DNA of 64,000 bases from a virus: IMG/VR virus record IMGVR_UViG_3300037483_000076, positions 31,563 to 95,562 of that record, one strand, 5' to 3'. The notes under the pieces were generated by a model. It was given only the letters and a program-made list of their open reading frames with translations. It ran no database searches and had not been told where the DNA came from. Shown one piece after another: positions 38,431 through 47,147 of the stretch. A program made the position numbers and the translations under genes. Each line of letters starts with the position of its first letter. The first letter of the stretch is position 1.

Positions 38431-40572
38431 TTACTTAGTTTTAATTCCAGCAATTACTTTTAATTTGTTAATGATATTAACCATATCATCTGGACGAGTA
38501 CCTTTATAAGGTTTACTCTGTTTGATAAGCTTAGCAAGTTCTTCTTCGGATATACCTGCTTTTAAAGCTTCTACAGCTAATTCCTTAACTCTATTACTTT
38601 TTGTTTCCTTAGCAATTGCAGAGAAATCAGTTACTTTATCATTAGTACGACTCTCTTCTACAATCTCTTGTGGAGTAGTTTCGGAAACCTCTTCGGTTTT
38701 AATTGGTTCAGTTGAAGGTACCTTAGTAGACACTTCAGTATTTTCTACTACTGGTTTAACCTCTTCAATGTTCTGTAACCGGGCTTTCTTTTCTTTTTCA
38801 TGAAATGCTTTAAACCAAATGGTTTTAGAGCTATCATCCATTTCTTTATACAAATCAAATGTATTGAGATGTTGTAATGTAGCATTGTATGCAACAGCCC
38901 AAGCATCTTTAATCAAATCTTTCTTTTCAAATAATATACTTGAAATAAGAGATTCAAATTCTACATTAGTTTTACACTGAATAATACTTTCATAAACATC
39001 TGCATACTCTTTAGAAGTAGCTAAGTCTATGGATTTAGTTAAAGGACGAAACATTGCGTTTTCTGCTTCAACTGTAGTATTTTCAGCAAGAACTTCTTCT
39101 TTAACTGTTTTGAAATATTCGTGGGCTTTCTTATTACCCAGTAACTTACGAGCAGTAGGTAATCTAAGGAATTTAGATACTTCGTTCATAGCATTAATAG
39201 CCTTATCTTTTAGACTAGCTACAATAATACTCTTAACCTGAGACTTAATATCTTCTTCGGTTAATTCAGTTTTTCCTTGTTCTGCTGCTTCATGAGCTGC
39301 TTCAACGATATCATCGTGTTTTAGGCCATTTTCAGGCTCACTATTGATTTCTGTAGTAGATTCTTTAATCTTACCCCAATGAGTCATGATATCCTTCCAG
39401 AGAGGTTTAAATGCCTTCTTTTGATCATCAGTAATATCTGTAACATCTTTAATAGATTTTACAAAATGGGGATAAGCGTCTTTCTGTTTACCATCTTTTA
39501 ACATTTGAATACATTCTGCAAAGAGTGAATCTTTTGTTAAACCTTCTACTGATGTAATAGGAATTGTTTCTTCTTGTTCTTTTGTTTCTACAGGTTTATT
39601 TGTAGATACAGTTAATCCTGTACCACTAGCTGTTAAGCCAGGAGTTCCTTCGTTATTGAAAGCTGTTTTATCCTGTTGAGTAGTTGAATCAGGACTAACG
39701 ATAGAAATTATACCTTTACTTTCTAAATAGTTAGGATCTAATTTAGCTTTAAGCTGATCTGCCCACATAGATAAAGATATCTCTTCCATATCATCTTTAG
39801 GTTCACAAATAGTACCTATTCTATTAGGTAATACTTTAAATAAGAACCTTTGTTCAACGGCAGTTTGATCAAGAAGTTTAGATTTAACTGCTAAATCAAT
39901 AGATAAGTTTAAAGCATTTTCTGCCATATTGTTATCAATTAATATTTTAGCAATTTCATCAATTTTATCTAAATCATTTGGATTAGCTTGAAGTAACACT
40001 TGAACTTCCTGAGGTAATTCAACAGGACTACCAAATACTGTCTTACGTTCATATCCTTTGAACCACTGTTCTTTAGGAGTAACAGTTATGATAGGTTGTT
40101 GTTTCTGATCTTTCTGAGCAGCCTTTTCAAACTTCTTAGTAGCATCTATAACTTTACCTTTAGTAGCTCCTGCTGCCTCTGGTTTAGTTAATATTATCTC
40201 TTGTTTAGTTTGACGTTCCTCAATAGGTTGTTCGACTAAATCTTGGTCAATTATGTTATTTCTAACACTTTCAACTATTTTTACATCATCTGCAGTGGGT
40301 ATAATTAATCCTTGACGAATACTTAATACCTCAGCAGTTAATGCTATACGTTTTTCTAATATTGAATGTAATGTAGCTTTGTTTTGATTTAATTGTGCTA
40401 TATTAGCTCCTGCTACAGTTTTTTGAGATTCAAAGTATTTCATTAATTCAATAGTTTCACCTGGGGTAGCTACTAGTATTAAATCACGAAGTAAATTACG
40501 ATCAGTCTTTTGAATTTCACCGATAAGATTCTTTGTTTCCTGATATTTTAATGCTAAATTTGTATTATTCAT
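38431..40572 (-). CDS. Large early hypothetical protein
   Basis: 713 aa, E/K/T-rich helical modules separated by linkers. Confidence 0.8.
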   Translation of the reverse strand: MNNTNLALKYQETKNLIGEIQKTDRNLLRDLILVATPGETIELMKYFESQKTVAGANIAQLNQNKATLHSILEKRIALTAEVLSIRQGLIIPTADDVKIVESVRNNIIDQDLVEQPIEERQTKQEIILTKPEAAGATKGKVIDATKKFEKAAQKDQKQQPIITVTPKEQWFKGYERKTVFGSPVELPQEVQVLLQANPNDLDKIDEIAKILIDNNMAENALNLSIDLAVKSKLLDQTAVEQRFLFKVLPNRIGTICEPKDDMEEISLSMWADQLKAKLDPNYLESKGIISIVSPDSTTQQDKTAFNNEGTPGLTASGTGLTVSTNKPVETKEQEETIPITSVEGLTKDSLFAECIQMLKDGKQKDAYPHFVKSIKDVTDITDDQKKAFKPLWKDIMTHWGKIKESTTEINSEPENGLKHDDIVEAAHEAAEQGKTELTEEDIKSQVKSIIVASLKDKAINAMNEVSKFLRLPTARKLLGNKKAHEYFKTVKEEVLAENTTVEAENAMFRPLTKSIDLATSKEYADVYESIIQCKTNVEFESLISSILFEKKDLIKDAWAVAYNATLQHLNTFDLYKEMDDSSKTIWFKAFHEKEKKARLQNIEEVKPVVENTEVSTKVPSTEPIKTEEVSETTPQEIVEESRTNDKVTDFSAIAKETKSNRVKELAVEALKAGISEEELAKLIKQSKPYKGTRPDDMVNIINKLKVIAGIKTK

Positions 40573-40639
40573 TTGATTAATTGTTTTTGATTTATTAATA
40601 CTATTTACAATTAATCACAAATTGGAAAAGGGGAATTAG

Positions 40640-40687
40640 TGGAGTTGAGAGACTTGAACTCTCAAGTTGGCCTGAACCAGTACTCCA
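40640..40687 (-). ncRNA. 48-nt mini-tRNA-like element (acceptor stem, T arm and one short hairpin)
   Basis: TGGAGT-A-CTGGTTCAGGCCAA-C-TTGAGAG-TTCAAGT-CTCTCA-ACTCCA. Confidence 0.55.
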
Positions 40688-40838
40688 AACAATCTCATTC
40701 TTATTATAAAGTTATGATGATTGTTGTTTCTTTACAAATACCGGATGTTTAGCGGTACTTGCTGTTTGTGCTTTTTCTGGGAATAGATTTTTGATTGTAT
40801 CTAATTCCTGTAGTGATTTGAACGTTTTACCAAGTGGT

Positions 40839-41135
40839 TTACTGACTTTTGGATACATATAATTTAGTTATAATTTCAGGATTAAATAAGTAGATACTGT
40901 TAATTACTGAATGTCTTGATGTGGGAAATCTACTAGAGGCTACAATTGTAGCAGGAAGTCTTCTAACTTGAAGTTTGTAAGTTTGTAATCTAGATACTTT
41001 TTTCATGATATAGTTATACACATCTATTTTATCAGGATCACTTAAAGTAGTATCATTAATTTTGCTTTTGGATCTATTCAAATCCTTGATTTCATCTTGA
41101 ATTAGATCTAATAACTTTTGTTTATAGGTTTTCAT
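40839..41135 (-). CDS. Hypothetical protein (likely start MKTYKQ)
   Basis: ATG overlaps the upstream stop (TAATG). Confidence 0.6.
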   Translation of the reverse strand: MKTYKQKLLDLIQDEIKDLNRSKSKINDTTLSDPDKIDVYNYIMKKVSRLQTYKLQVRRLPATIVASSRFPTSRHSVINSIYLFNPEIITKLYVSKSQ

Positions 41136-41371
41136 TATAAATTTGATATATGTTCCCAATAACAATGACCTTCTGGAGTTAATTTCCAATTAAATGCCCA
41201 CACGATGAAAATATTCCAACTGGTTGTATTATTGGCTATGTTACGTGAATAAATTGGATCATCATTATTCTCCCATTTATTAGCTTTCCAATTCTTTATA
41301 AACTTAGTTTTGATTTTAAGTTTCTTGAGTTTAGCTTCAAACTCTGATTTAAATACTATTGTTTTAGACAT
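41135..41371 (-). CDS. Hypothetical protein
   Basis: AF.W..TPEG..YW motif common in small phage proteins. Confidence 0.65.
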   Translation of the reverse strand: MSKTIVFKSEFEAKLKKLKIKTKFIKNWKANKWENNDDPIYSRNIANNTTSWNIFIVWAFNWKLTPEGHCYWEHISNL

Positions 41372-41705
41372 GATTAAATATTTTATGAGTTAAATAATGT
41401 ACAAAGAACCATATTATTCCTATAAATAAGAATATTTGTAATGATATTCCAAAAAAATAGATATAAACGATTATTCCTATCCAAGTAGAATTACAATATG
41501 GACATAGACCTAATGGTTTAGCTAAATATGCTAATATATAGGTAAAAGGTTTATTCTTATTATACTTCTTACATATAATACTATATCTAACTATTTTATT
41601 CAACCATTTACCATAGTTATTGAAGATCATACCAGGAGTCATATAATGTTGAAAACATAACTCTAGTAATGATACTATAAATCCTATTAAGAGATATAAT
41701 ACCAT
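41364..41705 (-). CDS. Membrane protein with CPYC (DUF1360-like); likely start MVLYLL
   Basis: TM segments flanking KPLGLCPYC.STW. Confidence 0.6.
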   Translation of the reverse strand: MVLYLLIGFIVSLLELCFQHYMTPGMIFNNYGKWLNKIVRYSIICKKYNKNKPFTYILAYLAKPLGLCPYCNSTWIGIIVYIYFFGISLQIFLFIGIIWFFVHYLTHKIFNHV

Positions 41706-41718
41706 TACTAATGATAGA

Positions 41719-41979
41719 TTAATTAATACTAGCGTACTCAAAAGTTGTTGCTTTGTTGAATCGACGAACAGCTTTGTATTTCTCAAGTACTGTTACTTCA
41801 CGTAACTGTTCTGAATATACAGGAGATGTACAACCATTTTTACATAATTGTATCTTGTAATTGTTATCTCCGCTGTCTTCAGCAATTTTACAAATTGTAC
41901 CTTTATCAGCATATGAACAACCACATGATGAAATACCTACTGTTAAGATAGCTAACTGGCCTACTTTAAATTTACTCAT
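41719..41979 (-). CDS. Hypothetical SH3-like protein
   Basis: Starts MSKFKVGQ. Confidence 0.6.
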   Translation of the reverse strand: MSKFKVGQLAILTVGISSCGCSYADKGTICKIAEDSGDNNYKIQLCKNGCTSPVYSEQLREVTVLEKYKAVRRFNKATTFEYASIN

Positions 41980-42049
41980 TTTTCTTTGATTAAATGGTTA
42001 TTATTAAGAAAATATATATATTGTTTTGATTAATATATAGTTAATAAGA

Positions 42050-43185
42050 CAATGATTGATAATCTGACTCTAGTTAATTATGTTCATACCAGATAGTACA
42101 ATTTGGATTCACTTGTAGTATCAATCATTGATAATTATCAAATTTCTGAATATTACTACACATATCAATAGTGTAGTCGCACAATTAGTTATATTAATAT
42201 GGTTACAAAAGATTTATATACAGCAATAGAATGTCATTAACTGTAATACTTTCTTGACTACCCGCATTCTCAGCTACCATATCTAGTCCTTTTTTTATAA
42301 CTATACGATCAAATATTTCTATTTGAAAGGCTAAATAGATTATCCTTATCTTTTAAACTGATTATAATCTAATATTTCATGTATTAGAGCAATTATACAT
42401 TATTCAGTTTATTTAGCTGCCAATACAAATATTACATATGTTGAAGATATTGATAGTTATCTCAATTCATATTTGTATTATATTATCACCTTTTATTTAC
42501 GGTGTAAGTATCAACAGGGTTTTTGTCTATTAGACACGGTCATATTATATTGTAGATATTTAATCACCCCAAACGTTTATCTTAGTTTTATTGTAATAAT
42601 AAGAAAATTTCAATGTAATATAGATTAGAGGAATATCTTCTAAGTCCTACATATTACATCGGGAACTTTGCTATCCCATGTAGCCTTATCGCCACATTAC
42701 CTCTTTATACTAATGATAAGATTAGTATTTATTAGATATGATGAAGGTTATTACTTAATTGTTTCAGTATCAATACTACCTACAAGATTAACTAGTCTTA
42801 CAACTGTATGGATCTCACAATGATCTCTATTGCACTCTGCATTATGTTAGAAAAGGGTTTACCCCTTATTAGTTTTAACTAACTCGGACTTGTGACCGTC
42901 ATTACTATTATTAATTATCTATTCCAGTGTCTAGGTTTCTGTTTATAATTAATTTTCATGGTTGCATTACTATAAGATAGTTCTGACAAAGGGTATACAG
43001 CCCCTTTATAAGAACGAGATTTTAATCAACGTTTCTAGAATGTTGATACTCATATATCATCGTACACTTTTGCCCGTGCACGAGACTTTTTTATTATATA
43101 TAATATATCGCAATAGTCGCTAAACTCTAATGAGATATAGATTAGTCCTATCTAATTTTCAGTAGTAGCTTCTGTATCAACTATT
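42050..43185. ncRNA. Large ORF-free structured region (about 1.1 kb); candidate ncRNA or ncRNA cluster
   Basis: No ORF of 60 aa or more in six frames; dense hairpins. Confidence 0.55.
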
Positions 43186-43191
43186 TACATA

Positions 43192-43887
43192 CTAATAAGA
43201 TATTCTTAATTTCTTGTGAAGTTGTTTAACAATCTGATTACATTTAATAATCCATAAAATAATGGTTTCGTAGTCAAATGTCATTGGAGCAATACGGAAT
43301 TCTATGCTATGTAGATATTGATAACGTATGTTTATCCAAGCATGTTTGTCTTCTAATCCAATTCTTTTATAATTAAAAGTACCTGGATATTTACCAAATA
43401 TTTCTTCTAATGTGTATAGATATGGATTAAGATAGTTTGTAACTATATCTACATTATTACCTTTTAATAGATAATCATTGTTGATTATTTTATTAGCATC
43501 AATGTGTAAATGTATCCCACTACCTGGATTTAATGTACAATATTTCTTCATGTCTTGAAGTATTTTGTATAACCCAGATGCTTGGGAATAATTACGTATT
43601 GATATGCGATGTTCACAGACTTCTTTTGATTGTAGTCTTTGTTTATCATCTGAATAATCGAATATATCGTATTTATCTGCTATTTTAATGCTATAGTCAC
43701 GTTGTTTAGCATTTAAAATACGACTTAGAGAAGTGATGCATTCTATTTCAATAGATGATCTAAATGGGATCATATTGTATAGAATACCTTTAGTTATCTT
43801 AGGATTAAATGATTTATCCTTTAATAATTTAGAGATTAACAAGGGAGCACTTAGTAAGCATTCCCTTGTATACTGTGATTTGTTCAT
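43192..43887 (-). CDS. Putative amidoligase (COOH-NH2 ligase-like)
   Basis: SIEIE, GSGIHLHID, SIEFR. Confidence 0.7.
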   Translation of the reverse strand: MNKSQYTRECLLSAPLLISKLLKDKSFNPKITKGILYNMIPFRSSIEIECITSLSRILNAKQRDYSIKIADKYDIFDYSDDKQRLQSKEVCEHRISIRNYSQASGLYKILQDMKKYCTLNPGSGIHLHIDANKIINNDYLLKGNNVDIVTNYLNPYLYTLEEIFGKYPGTFNYKRIGLEDKHAWINIRYQYLHSIEFRIAPMTFDYETIILWIIKCNQIVKQLHKKLRISY

Positions 43888-43892
43888 GATGA

Positions 43893-44093
43893 TTAGTATT
43901 CTCCTGGTAATAATTTACCAATTTTGGTAATATATTTGGACTGAGCAGTTTGAATTAGTTGAACTAATTCTTCTTTTGACTCAGTACCGGAAATACGAAT
44001 AACGTTTGCACGAGCAATCGTTACTAAATCTTCTTTTCTCTTGTTTATCAATCTAGATGAAGAGGATACTTCTTTTGAATAATCTTTGGCCAT
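43893..44093 (-). CDS. Hypothetical protein
   Basis: 66 aa with an A-rich leader. Confidence 0.6.
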   Translation of the reverse strand: MAKDYSKEVSSSSRLINKRKEDLVTIARANVIRISGTESKEELVQLIQTAQSKYITKIGKLLPGEY

Positions 44094-44173
44094 AATTAAA
44101 ATATTTTTGATTAGAACGGTTTGATATTATCTCATCAGGATTACACTGACATAGACCTTAGCATCAAAAATAA

Positions 44174-44311
44174 GATAAGACTAGAAGTTATCCCACCATA
44201 TTATCTACCAGTTTGACTGATAGTATGATCGAATAACTTCTAGAATGCAGAGGTAGCATACTCTACTCCAGAATTACGTTCTGATGATATAAATTGAGAG
44301 TTTGTCTTATC
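44174..44311 (-). ncRNA. Nested-stem intergenic RNA candidate
   Basis: ctagaagttat/ataacttctag (44181-44243) inside gataagac/gtcttatc; U-run on minus. Confidence 0.45.
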
Positions 44312-44858
44312 CCTTATCTGACTCATCATCATTGGAATTACCTTTAATGATTGCTTCATCAGGGATACGATTAATTTCTCGCTGGATACGAACTTCTTCG
44401 TCTTCTTCTTCATGTACAAATACACGAACAACTGAACGAGTTGTGTCTTCTCCTTTGTGAGGACCATTTGAAAGTTTTAAAGGTTTTCCATCTGGAAGTA
44501 GTACTTTGTAAACAAATCCGGTTTTACGTTCGACTATTTTGCCGACTATACCCATAACACCTGTGTTAATAGTAAGACCAGTTTCACCTTTAGTGTAGTT
44601 TGCTTCGTCAGCAACTGCATCTAATAGGTCATTATAAAGTACTCGTTGATCTGGTGAGTTGAATATTACCATTGTAAAGGGACGTTTTTGTGGTCTACGC
44701 ATTACACCATCAATCATTTTCTTTAATGCTAATACTTCAACGATAAAATATTCTGATCCCCCTTCTTTACTTTGTAATGGTTTTGTTAAATCCGTGTGTT
44801 TTGGATTTGATTTACTTGCTACAATTTTTAATTCGTAGGCTTTGTTTTCAATAGCCAT
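44307..44858 (-). CDS. Hypothetical protein (acidic C-terminal tail)
   Basis: 183 aa. Confidence 0.75.
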   Translation of the reverse strand: MAIENKAYELKIVASKSNPKHTDLTKPLQSKEGGSEYFIVEVLALKKMIDGVMRRPQKRPFTMVIFNSPDQRVLYNDLLDAVADEANYTKGETGLTINTGVMGIVGKIVERKTGFVYKVLLPDGKPLKLSNGPHKGEDTTRSVVRVFVHEEEDEEVRIQREINRIPDEAIIKGNSNDDESDKG

Positions 44859-44874
44859 AATAATTAAGATTAAG

Positions 44875-45078
44875 TTAATGTTTCTTCAATTTTGGTTTAT
44901 GATCTGATTCTATTGCAGACCATGTCATGAGTAATAACATCACAAGGACTACTAATAATAAGGATAGTAGTGTCTTGGATTGAGGACGTTCACTCATTAA
45001 TATGTTGTAAAATACCAGTAATGAGAATACAGATATTACAACTAGAATTATGTAATTTTGTAGTTTATGTAATTTCAT
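44875..45078 (-). CDS. Two-TM small membrane protein
   Basis: Two hydrophobic segments and a basic C-terminus. Confidence 0.6.
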   Translation of the reverse strand: MKLHKLQNYIILVVISVFSLLVFYNILMSERPQSKTLLSLLLVVLVMLLLMTWSAIESDHKPKLKKH

Positions 45079-45116
45079 ATATAATTGTTTTGATTAGTTA
45101 TTATGAAATAAAAGAG

Positions 45117-45176
45117 AGCTTGGAGATGCATCGGTGCAGGGTTGGTTACCGTCCCATATGGCTCATACTCCAAGCT
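45117..45176 (-). ncRNA. Cloverleaf-like 60-nt RNA candidate
   Basis: AGCTTGGAG/CTCCAAGCT closes arms TATG/CATA, GGG..CCC and TGCA/TGCA; U-rich tail. Confidence 0.45.
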
Positions 45177-45224
45177 GCCTAACCTGTGTGAATGGAATGA
45201 ACTGAACGTAGTTCATCCTGTGTT

Positions 45225-45482
45225 TTAATTAGGTATTGTCATAATATGTGATTCATACCAAATAAGATCTTCATCTAGTGTAATACACCAATCTGATGAA
45301 TCGCATACATCTGCTTCACCAACTGTTGCTTCTAGATAGTCGAATAATTTGTTAAACAAATCATATTCTTTGAATGTATGAAATGTTAATGTACTTGTTG
45401 GTACATTATCACCAAATGATATACATTGTAAATGGAATGATTTTGATGGAACATAATTGAGAATAGTAATTTGATATTTCAT
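45225..45482 (-). CDS. Early hypothetical protein
   Basis: 85 aa preceded by the conserved leader motif. Confidence 0.7.
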   Translation of the reverse strand: MKYQITILNYVPSKSFHLQCISFGDNVPTSTLTFHTFKEYDLFNKLFDYLEATVGEADVCDSSDWCITLDEDLIWYESHIMTIPN

Positions 45483-45493
45483 GATTTATATTG

Positions 45494-45505
45494 TTAGGTT
45501 AGACA
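45494..45505 (-). promoter_or_regulatory. Leader motif TGTCTAACCTAA, 11 nt before ATG
   Basis: One of three exact copies with identical spacing. Confidence 0.65.
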
Positions 45506-45521
45506 TTGATTACAAAGGAAA

Positions 45522-45674
45522 ATAACATTCAGCTAGTGTATTTTTCATTTCCCGAATTAACCACCTAACTACTAGAGGACTGTGGAACACACACCTTGGG
45601 ATAAGCAGGTGTACTGAATGTTATCAAACACAGAGCTTCCTAGCTGATTAAAGCCATAGTGACTACTCTGTGTT
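45522..45674 (-). ncRNA. Two adjacent stem-closed RNA candidates
   Basis: ataacattcag/ctgaatgttat (45522-45624) and aacacagag/ctctgtgtt (45627-45674). Confidence 0.45.
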
Positions 45675-45766
45675 ATTAGCAACTTATGCTGCATAAAGTT
45701 TAGGGAATCCCAAATCATTTGTGGAATGCCCCATATTCATGTGAGTCATCTGACTATAGATTATTG

Positions 45767-46042
45767 TTATTTTTTCTTTTCCATAGCATCAACTGCTCTT
45801 CTAGCCATTTCATCAGCAATAGCTTTACCTAGTTGTTGTTGAAAATTAGGCATACTTAAACAAACAGAAACATAGTCTGAAATTTGTTTTCCTACATCTC
45901 CGTTCATAGAACTTCCATATCCAAGTGTTTTATCTAAAACTGTTTTAACAGGATTAGAATAATTACCAGGTTTAAGCATATCTTCTAGGCTTTTTTGGAA
46001 TGCTTCTTGGAGTTGATCGTCTTGAATGTTAATTGTAATCAT
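45767..46042 (-). CDS. Early hypothetical protein (likely start MITINIQ)
   Basis: ATG at 46042 lies 11 nt after the leader motif. Confidence 0.7.
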   Translation of the reverse strand: MITINIQDDQLQEAFQKSLEDMLKPGNYSNPVKTVLDKTLGYGSSMNGDVGKQISDYVSVCLSMPNFQQQLGKAIADEMARRAVDAMEKKK

Positions 46043-46053
46043 TGTGATATATA

Positions 46054-46065
46054 TTAGGTTAGACA
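46054..46065 (-). promoter_or_regulatory. Leader motif TGTCTAACCTAA, 11 nt before ATG
   Basis: Exact copy. Confidence 0.65.
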
Positions 46066-46214
46066 ATACAATGTAAATGTATGAGTATAATTGCTATAGT
46101 TGTCATAAGAGTTATATAATTAGGTTAATAATATATTATGTGAGTGTGTTATGTGAGCTTTAGCGAACGTATTCGCAGAATACTGCTATATAAGTGTGGA
46201 CAATAATGAGAAAA

Positions 46215-46306
46215 TAGAGGATATTATGACATAGATAATTGACTGGCAGTCAGTATCACACAACCACAATCTCATGTAATTGCTACACATTCATAATAAT
46301 CCTCTA
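46215..46306 (-). ncRNA. Stem-closed RNA candidate
   Basis: tagaggatattatga/tcataataatcctcta (1-nt bulge); U-run on minus. Confidence 0.45.
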
Positions 46307-46500
46307 AATCATCAATTACTAACCATGTTCAAACTATAATTCGAGGCAACGTACCCTGGGGGACGGCGCAGTGAGGGGGTTTATCAACCCTATTAAATGT
46401 TAATACTAATCTCTTAATGAGATTAATGCACAATTGTTCCCTAATCGGTCACAATTCTATGTAGCAATGTCATGAAGACTAAAACAAAAGGGATGCACTG

Positions 46501-46731
46501 TTATAGTGCAAACCCCAATCTGTAACGTTCGTGACCGTCATGAGTACCTGTATGCTCATAAGTTATCTCTTGTCCCTTCAATGACAACATAGTAGCCAAT
46601 GGCATATCAGCACTAGTGCCAATAATACCAGTAACACCATTAGATAACGATATGATACAGAAACCTTTAACATAACGGAAACCATTAATAACAGCTTTGC
46701 CTGCGTTAGCAGGAGATTTAGTATTAGCCAT
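46501..46731 (-). CDS. First gene of the minus-strand block, hypothetical (likely start MANTKS)
   Basis: ATG at 46731 lies 11 nt after the leader motif. Confidence 0.7.
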   Translation of the reverse strand: MANTKSPANAGKAVINGFRYVKGFCIISLSNGVTGIIGTSADMPLATMLSLKGQEITYEHTGTHDGHERYRLGFAL

Positions 46732-46742
46732 GACGAAATATT

Positions 46743-46754
46743 TTAGGTTAGACA
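46743..46754 (-). promoter_or_regulatory. Leader motif TGTCTAACCTAA, 11 nt before ATG
   Basis: Exact copy. Confidence 0.65.
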
Positions 46755-46849
46755 TTGACACGGGGACTTCCCGCTCGCTTGCGTATAGGGGATGGTTGAC
46801 TACGGTAGATTAAGAGCTCAGATATATTTTTAAAAAATTTTTTGTAATA

Positions 46850-46875
46850 TAACCCTTCCTTTAAAATAACGTATA
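46850..46875 (+). promoter_or_regulatory. Putative promoter TAACCC-N14-CGTATA
   Basis: AAC-N16-CGT; CGT starts 26 nt before the ATG at 46896. Confidence 0.6.
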
Positions 46876-46895
46876 TTAGTAGAAATATATGCAAT

Positions 46896-47096
46896 ATGGA
46901 ATACTACAAGTTTGATACAACAGGATATAGAGAGGCTCTTATAGAGTTACACAAGAAGTTCTTTATACAATGTTCCTCAACAGATACAGGAGCAGTACAA
47001 TGTGAGGTAAGTTATGAGGATACTATAGATGAGTTAGTTACAGAGTTTATAGATATATTTATAATAGGTTATAATATTAAGAAAAAAGTTGTATAA
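46896..47096 (+). CDS. Hypothetical protein
   Basis: 66 aa downstream of the promoter motif. Confidence 0.6.
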   Translation: MEYYKFDTTGYREALIELHKKFFIQCSSTDTGAVQCEVSYEDTIDELVTEFIDIFIIGYNIKKKVV

Positions 47097-47101
47097 AAAT
47101 G

Positions 47102-47127
47102 TAACCCTATTTACCACTCCCCGTATA
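47102..47127 (+). promoter_or_regulatory. Putative promoter TAACCC-N14-CGTATA
   Basis: AAC-N16-CGT; CGT starts 26 nt before the ATG at 47148. Confidence 0.6.
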
Positions 47128-47147
47128 ACAGTGATCAAACGTATGAT

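Noticed and set aside
44118-44165. Possible hammerhead ribozyme (minus strand CTGATGAG-ATAATATC-AAAC)
   Set aside because: It lacks the required GAAA after stem II, and I could not build stems I and III.
33844-46500. CRISPR or mini-array in the non-coding regions
   Set aside because: No regularly spaced direct repeats; the structure is inverted-repeat based.
46761-46782. Minus-strand GCAAGCG followed by a small hairpin, complementary to the intron tRNA fragment's CGCTTGC (split-tRNA idea)
   Set aside because: A 7-nt match is expected about once by chance in this much sequence; there is no U8, D-loop GG or anticodon arm.
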